Source: a virus. Taken from it: a stretch of 64,000 nucleotides of DNA. The position numbers were made by a program, and so were the translations under genes. Positions 49,701 through 58,700 of the stretch are shown here, one piece after another. The first letter of the stretch is position 1; every line of letters begins with the position of its first letter. A model generated the notes under the pieces. The model had not been told where the DNA came from. It made no database searches and saw nothing but the letters and a program-made list of their open reading frames with translations. The DNA lies in the IMG/VR virus record IMGVR_UViG_3300020193_000009, positions 16,669 through 80,668 of that record; one strand, written 5' to 3'.

Positions 49701-52700
49701 CTATTTCACGCTGCTGAGCCTGCAGCTGTTTCCTGCGGTCCGTGTCAAGATCTTTCAATTCCTTTTCAGAATCTTTATCTGATTTTCTAAATGCAAGGTC
49801 AAGCTCTCTGACATCTTCCGTTCTGCCTTCATAAGCAGCCACTTTTCTTTCACGCAAATAATTATCTCTATCCAAAGCCCTTGTCTTTATTAATTCACGC
49901 CTTCTTTCTTCATATTCCATTTTTGCAGTCAAACGTTCTTCTGCATCAGCAAGTTCTTGAATTGCTTCAACTTGTTTATCAAATGCCTCAAGTGCTTTAT
50001 CTTTTTGTCTTTCAAGAGAATCTTTCATATTGTCAATAAATCTTGAAACAGATTCGTCAGCATTTGCGAATACAGCCATACCAAATTCTTCTTTCATTTG
50101 CATCATGCCTTTTTCAATAGCTTTCTTAAGATCGCCCCCAAGTTTTTCTCCGCCAGCTTTTGCTTTAACCGTTGCTTTCTTTAATAGTTCCAAAATCGGC
50201 AACTCTGCAAGATTCCTCATTCTCTTCGCTAGTGGCACACTAACATCTTGTCCAAATATTTTTAGATATTGATTAGCAACTGTAGTTCTAAGACTACCGA
50301 TACCGTCTGCAAAAGCTAAACCTGCATCTTTAATTTTATTAGCTAAATTTTTAGTAAAATCTTGCTCTGTCATGAAATCTGACAATGTATTGCCAGCTTT
50401 ATCAGCAATACTTGCTATATCTTGCAATATAGATTTTTCTTGTTGTGGAGGTGCTCCAAATATAAAATCTAAATAACGTGCATCTAATACGTAATTAATT
50501 GCCCCAGCTGTTTTGGCAATCCAACCAAATTGAGATGAAATTTTCTTTTTCATTTCTTGTATAAGAATATCCATTAAATACAAAACTCCAATAACAATAT
50601 TTTTAAATACATCAATTACTACAGCCGCCATATTTGTATAGAATGTTTCAAACAATGGAACGGCATTTGCCGCACCTTTTACAAGAAGCTCAAGTAATCC
50701 AAGTGCGTCATAAGATAATGAGTAGAAAAGCCCGTTCAATGAATCTTTTACCTTTTGACTGTCTTTATCAATAATTCCAGAAAACACGCGGTATATCAAT
50801 ATAAATTTATTAACAGCTCTTGTGAGAAGAGGAATAAATGTTCCAGTATTTTTATTATCTGTTATCTCCCTCATTCTCCCTATAAAAGATTTTAATGGAC
50901 CCTCCGCAAAACGCTTAAATGCATCCGCCGCAGATCTTGCCACTAAAGACAATGCGTAAAGGACTCCAGCTGTTTTAGCTGTGCTTGTTTCCATTTGATC
51001 TATGCCGGCAATATAAAGAATAAAATCTTTAATCGGATCGAAAATTGCAACCAAAGCTTCTCTTATTGTTTTCCAAGCCAACTTAAAGTTATTAAGGACA
51101 GGTTCCATGTTTGTAATCCCGCCTCTAAGTGCTTTAACAGCCGCTACCACAGCTATAATAATTGGAATTGTGACAACTCCAAAAGCTACAACTTTTACAA
51201 CTAGTGCGGTAAAGCTAAATATAGTTTTTGTTATTGACTGGAGCAGTGTTGTTACGGCAGCGCCCAAACCAGCCATTATCCCACCGGATTTAGAAAATGT
51301 AACTAATTTAACTAACGCAATCATAGCGGACTTGCTCAGCGTGCTAAACCCAGCAGTTAAGAAGAAAAGAACCCCTCTAATTGTTCGACTTCTTGCAAGA
51401 GATGCAACAAACATTTTACTTTCAGTAGCAACTACTTTTAACATCGCAAGTTGCATTAGACCAAATTGTTTTGCTACATTTGCAATTCCACGACCAATTG
51501 GTGCAAACGGAGCTGCCACTGAACCAAGCAGAGATTGCATTCTTCCAAATATCGGAATTGATTGAATAAGTTTTTGATTAACAGCAAGCAGCCCTTGCTT
51601 CATTGCTTTAAATGTGTCAACTGATCTTATTTTAAGAGACTCAATTGCCAATTGTAAACGAGACATATTTTTTACTGTTTCTTGCAAAACTTTAGTTTCT
51701 ATTGGAGCGGCAGTGCGGATTCCCTTTAAAGTTTCTTTTCTAACATTTGCTGGCATTGGAACGCCATGTTCTTTTAGATATTTCTCTTTTGCAGCTTGTA
51801 ACTCACGAGCAATCCTTGCTCGTTCTTCTTTTAACGCAGCCGCTCTTTGCCTTGGTGTCATTTCTCCAACATTTTTTCTTGCTGCATCAATTTCCTGTTT
51901 ACTTACACCGCCATCTATTACTTCAAAATTTCCACCTTGAGTTATTGGTGCTTCAAAAATATTTGGACCCTGAAACAGATTGGGTCCTTTAAATACATTA
52001 GCCAACGACTTATTTAATTTTATAATATTTTCATTTGTTTTTGCTGTGTTTGTAGCCGTTTGTTGAGTATTTTGCTGAATTTGATTTAAACCATCAGTAG
52101 CACCAGGACTTGGCTGACCAGATGGTGTCAGATCTCCACCCACAACTGGAGCTCCACCTACAGCCGCCTTCCCCTTCCCCCTTCCCCTTCCACCAGCTTG
52201 TTGTCCACCAGTATTTCTTGCCGCTTCTCTTTGCGCGCTCTTTGCTTCTCTTTCCGCATCTCTAGCTTCTTTAGATATTGCACTATTTGCATCTTTAACA
52301 GCCTTGTCAACTGCTCTTTGCAAACTATTCATAGCTTCTGCATGTCGCCTAAGAGCTCTCTGTAGCAACTTAATTCTTTGCTTCGCCATAGATTTCATAT
52401 TTGCATTCTTATTGTGCTCTGCAACCCTTACTCTGTTTTCTTGATTTTCAATTTCTTCGTTAATATTTTCTATAGTTACTCCAGCATCAGCCAATTGAGG
52501 GAAAAGCTGTTTAATTGTTCTACCTTGACCCGAAATGCTTTGACCTGCACTTTCAATAACTTGCTGTAATGAAAATGCTCCCGATCGCAATGAATTTATA
52601 AATTTTTCATTTATTTTCTTCGTTGTTTTACCAATTTTTACTTTAGCGTCTTCTCCAACCTGTTGAATAATTTCAGCCGGTGTTGCTGTAGCTACCTGTA

Positions 52701-55700
52701 CAGCTTTCAAAACTTGTTTTTGAACTTTATCAATATTACCCTTAACTACTTGATCAACCTGTGGACCGGGTACAACTGGAGCATCTGGCTTTACAGCTGG
52801 CGGTGCAACTGCCGGGGTTGGCTTTGTAGTTGGCGCTGGCTGTGCAGTTGGCTCTGGCTGTGCAGGTTGCTGTACAGGTGTTACATTCTTACCTGCCTCA
52901 CCGGTTTTCCTTGCATTTTTATTTTTTTCTTCTGCAATCTTTTTTTCTCTTTTATCATTTTCCTGATTAAGTTCATTAGTATTTTCATCTGTGTCACTTA
53001 TTGCTTTTTGATTTGCAAGCCTTTGTTCAGCTGCTTGTGCGTCATTTTGAGCTTTTTCACTTGCCTTGGCAACCCTATCTTGTTCTCTTTTAACCCTATT
53101 GGCTTCTGCATTTTCCTGCCTTGTACCACGAGATTGGTCCTCACTCTTGCGAGCTTTCTTTGTAGCTTCTTTTCTTTTATCTATAATGAATCCTTCTGGA
53201 TCTTTTATTGCAGCCTCTACACCGTCTCTTGCAGCTTGTACGGCGGTTGCGCCTGCAGTTATTGCATCAGCAATTGCGCCATTTATAGTTTTCATTAAAT
53301 TCTTAATACCCTTACTTTGATCTATAATTTTTAATTTATCAGGAGAAGAATAAATCTTCTGTGCCATACTCTTTAATTTATTAAGTGTGACACCAGCTTT
53401 ACCTGGTATATTTTTAATTAATTGTCCATAAGTACTTTTATTAATTTCTATACTTTTAATAAATAAATCATCAAGACTCTTTTGCAAATCTTCAAACATG
53501 CTTGTAAATGCTCTTAGAATTACCGGTCTATTTTCTGCTGTTAACTTAACATCTCTAAAATCAACTGCACCGCTAGCTATCTTTTCTGCGGCGGAGCCGC
53601 CCACCGGCATTGTTTCTAAAACTTTCTTTGTTGATTTTTCAAAAATTTGCCTTAATGTTTTATCAGCGCCTGCGGGTATTGTTTTAAATAGATCATCAAG
53701 ATACGCTGTAACAGCTTCACCAACAGTTGATGTTCTGTGAATAATAGATTGTATACCTGCTTCTATTGAACCACCACCAATCCTTGGCAAAAACATTTCT
53801 CTTACAACATTTCCGTAACCAGATGTTAAGCCAGCAGTGCGTTTCCGCATATTTGCAAGCGAAAAGGGCATAGCAGTTGGAATAAGTTTTTGTAAATTAG
53901 AAACCATATCCTGAACCATTCGCTCAGTAGTGGTTTTAACTAATAAGGCAAGCCTTTGTCTCTTTGGTGAGAAAAATTCAGTATCAATTGGTGTTGATAT
54001 ATTTTCAAACATTTGTCTTACGACATTTCCATAGCCAGATGTTAAGTTTTTAAATGGTCTTGCAGGAGTAGTTAATATCGGGTCTCCACCAAAAATTGCT
54101 CTAAACTCAGAGAGGTATTGAACTGTTGATGTTGTAGTAGTTGCCAAATTTCTTTTAATTCGTTCAATAAAATACCTAAGCTTTATCCCTCTCATGCGTT
54201 TTAATTCTTCATCAAAAGACGGTGGAAGTTGACCAGTTAATGCAGCAAACTCCGCAGCTGCTCTTGTAAGATTTTGCTGAACTTGCTTTACTTGTGCCTG
54301 AAATGGAACGGCTGCCCCTTCGAGGAAACCCCCTCCTCTTTTAACTGCCTCTATCAATTTTCTTTGACTGCGTACTGCTTGTTTATATCTTTCAGCAGCA
54401 TCACGTCTTGCTTGAACAACAGCCGGTTGTGATTCTGCAATCATTGAGTCCAGCGCCCTAGTTAATTCAGCACCCTCATCCCCCATATTTTTAAGATTAG
54501 ACCTTACAACATCAACAACTTTTTTATTAGACAAAAGAGCGTTTTCAGCCATATCGTCATAATCTCCATATGGCATAAATCTAGTAAAATCAGCACCGCC
54601 AGATTTTTCTACCAAATTCCTTAATGCTTGAGCTTGAATTCTTTCAGCAACAGTTCTGCCTGTTTGATTTTTGATCAGCTTGCCTCTTTCTCCTAGCGGC
54701 ATTGCTTTTATTCTATTAATCTCATCTTGTAATGATTGCTGAACCGCTACATCAGTAGAATTCAATATGTTTTGCATTTGCTCTTCTATTAACAATCTTT
54801 GCAAAACATTTAATTTTGATGCAGCATCACCTTTTTTAAGATTTGAAAGAACTTTTGCTGCCGCTGCCCGCTTTACTGCACCCTCTTCTACTTCTAATGC
54901 AGTCCTAATTCTGCCTTGTGTTAATTCTAGCAACTCTCCTGTTTTTTTATCGACAGCACCAATTGCCACAGGCATTTCTTCTTTTAATTTATTAAAAGCA
55001 GCCTCCAAAGCTTGTCTAATGCCTACACTTCTATTTCTTAAAATTTTTCCAATAGCCTCCTCTTCTGTTTTACTACTTAAAATAGATTTAATTTGTGAAG
55101 GAAGAACGCCTTTTATCGCATCCTTGCCGGCTGCTGTTATATTATCAATTGATTGTTTCAACACCTTTAATAAAGGTTGTTTATCTACAATAGAAGCACC
55201 CTTTTTCAAACCTGGACCATACTTTACCAGATCGTCTGTTTTATCAACTATCTCCTCAGCTGCATCCCCAAGAGCTCTACCAATAGTTGACACTGGCAAG
55301 ATTGAATCAGAAAATGGCATTGTTTTTGGAAAATCAGTGAGACTAATTTGGTTTTTGATTTTTAATGGTAACGATTCTATAAAATCTACAAAACTATATA
55401 CCTTTGCTTTTGCAAATTTTCCAGCACCAAGCATTTTGTCCGTTTCAAAAGCTCTAAGGGCAGCTATTTTATATAATGAAGAATCTGGATCGAGCGTAAA
55501 AAGTTGTAAAAATTCAGAATGCAGTTTTGCAAGTCTTTGTTTTAGAGCATAAATTTTCATATCCCCGGCAATTCCAGGACCAGCTTTTCTAACAAGTGGA
55601 ATTGTATCTTTGATTATTTTTTGCGGTTTTATTTCTTCAATTGTCGGATCAATTATATCCCCATATATTTTTTCAAAAAAATCACCAACAATTCTGCCAG

Positions 55701-58700
55701 CTTTAAATTCTTGTATTAACTTTCTAGCCCTTTTAGCTTGCAAATCACGCAGCACTCTTTCAGCGGCACTTCCCGGTTTAGCGACTTTGCCAAGAGCCGG
55801 TAGACTTGCCGCTTCCCTGCCAGCTTTTGTCAATCCTTCTTCTGTGGTATTAAATCTAAAAGTAACATATTTACCGGCTTGCTCTTCAATGCCATCAAAA
55901 GATTTACCAAGAGCTTTAGCCATTGCAAGAGCTTTAATCCTTAATTGTTCTTGAATTGATGTTCCTTCGCCAGAGATGCCAGTGCCTATTCTCATCCCTG
56001 CTGGACCAAACTGTTTACTTGTAGTTGCTACTGCTGCTTGTTGCAATCCTTTTACGCTTCTTGGATCAGGAATTAATGTTTCTGCATCAGCAATTTCTGC
56101 AACTGTGCTTTCAATAGCATCTCTTAATGTAAACAACTTTCTAGTTATTGCTGGATCAACTATTAATTCTTTAATATTTGACTTAGTAGGATTTAATGCA
56201 TTTCGCAATCTTTCTAAAAGTGATTGTCTGTATACAGTATCTGGTTGAGCAATTTCATTAATATATGTATTTTGATCAAATCTACCAAGCAGGTTTCTTG
56301 GTGTTGGCATCATTGCTCTAAAACGCCCTAAAGCTCTTTTACCTTCTAAAATTCTTGCCTGCTCAATTCCTTTTTGGACCATTTCACCGGTCCTATCCAT
56401 AAAGTTTTTAACATTATCTAAAAAGCCAATTTTAATATTATTAGATACATCAGTTAAATACGTTCGCAGCTTATCTCTTACTTGCCTTATTGGAATTTCT
56501 TCTGATTTATGCGGGATTATAGTTCTAGCTAACACCTCATCACTTGAATTTGCAACATGTTCAGCAACTAATTCCCCAAAAAAAGCTATTTGTTTATCTG
56601 CGGCTTCTTTTACAAGTGAGGCAAGATTTTCAGCCGCTCCACCAGGCATAGGCTTTCTAGTTTTAATTACAAATCTTGGCTTTCCAGTTTTTGGGTGTAT
56701 ATTCTTACTTGGATCAGTAGGAAATTGGCTTCCTGGAATAATCTTAATACCTTTTTCGCCGCCAGCGTCAATAATGTCAGCAAATGGATAAGTTACATTC
56801 AACCCCTGTGATTGCAAACTTTTAATAGCATTAGCCCTTGTTGCCTCTGCAAGCCTCGCCCCTTCTCTCCTAGGAACCCAACCAAATTCACTGTTGGGGT
56901 TAAAGGATCTAGCCCTAGCTTTCGACCCATCTGCCACGACTTCAGCTTGCTCTGCGAGACTTGCCATCTCTTCTGCAATAGTTTGTTCAGCTAGTAAAAT
57001 TCTATTTTTAATTTTTGTCAAAATATTTTTTCTCTGCGTCATTACCTTTCCGGGCTTAGGCGACTGACCTTCTACTTTAAATTCTTTATCTAATGTTCTA
57101 AGATAAGATAAATCTTCTGGTAACTCCAACCCCAGCTCAGTGTAAAGCTGGACAAGTTCTCTTGCATGAATAGTTGTTTTATCTATAACATCAATAACTG
57201 ATTTAGCACCAGCACCAGTTAATGGCACTACGGCTGCTGATAATTTTTCAGATAAATTTCTTAAACCTGTAGCTAAATTAGTTCTCAATTGCGTTATATC
57301 TGGAACGCTGGCAGCAATATCATTAGCCAAATTTTGAGGTAAGCTACTTAAACTTGCTAAATATGTTCTTAATTGTGTTACACCTGCCGCATCTGAAAGA
57401 TCAGGGCTGCTAGTTAAAACTGTTCCCCTGCCAAAAAAATCTTTAATTCTTCCAAGAATACCTCTACCACCACCGGGAGCTTTTGGCGGCGGTGGCGCAC
57501 CTCCGCTTGCCGCCGCTGGTGGTGTTGCTGGCGGTGTATCTGCTGATGGTGCGGATGGACCGCCGCCTGGACCACCGGGGGCATTTATACTTCCAGGCTT
57601 ACCACCTTGAAAACTATTACCGATAAATGTGTTTTTCATAAACACAGTATCTGTTAATGCCGTTCTTACAGCTTCAGCCATATCACCAGTAGCATCTGCT
57701 GCTGCCTCACCTATTTCACCAACAGCCTTAGCCGTAGAAGACTCTACGGCTGATCCAATATTCATATATATAGATCTAGCCATTGCCTCTGAACTTGGTA
57801 AATTAAATTCACCTTTAAATAATTTTTTAATAACACCGACATTTGGTTGCTGTCCTGGCGTTAACCCAGCCTGCGCAAGTTTTTCTTGTAACGGAACTGA
57901 TAATCCGCTTATTCCTGCTTGACCAAAACGATTTCTTCCTTTTAATAAAATAGAATTTTCTGTAAATTGAATAGCTTCACGATATCCTTTTAGAGCTTTA
58001 CCATTAGATAAAAACAAATCTTGAACTGTTATTAATTTTGATGCCGTACCACTAAGCGCACCTGTCATTTTTGAGAATGTTGCTGTTGCAGCTATGCCAA
58101 AGTATTTAACAGCAGTTCCAAGAACTCTAAAGCCTGGAATTAGAAGAGCACTAATTGTTAAAAAACTTAAAAATGTTTTAACCCCTTGATCCATGTTTGC
58201 AAGAAAATCTCTAACTTTAGCAATAATTGGATTTAAAAATTCAATAATAGGTTTAAAAGCTGTAACAAAAATTCTTCCAATGGATAGCATTGCTTCTTTA
58301 AGAATTCTAAATTGAACAATAGTTGTGTTTAGTTGGATCTGTAATTCTTGATCCATTTGTTTACCAGCAACATCCTCAACCCTAAATCCAGTAGACAAGA
58401 ATATTTTTCCAGCTTCAGTTTGAACTTTAGAAAGAAAATCCCCTTGATATCTTTGTGCCAAAACATCAAACGCTTCTTTTTGAGCAGCTCTATAAATGTG
58501 AGCTCTTTGTGTTAAAACACCATTCATGTTTTCATTAGCTTGCGTATTTAAGTTAGATATATCAACTAAATTTCTTACGGCAATTTGTTCTTCATTAATA
58601 GCAGATAATCTACGATTTACAGATTGCTCTAATGTAAATGCTATGTCTTTTTCAACTGAATTAGTTTGCGACAAAGCCTCTTGAAATTGAGCAAGTTGTC

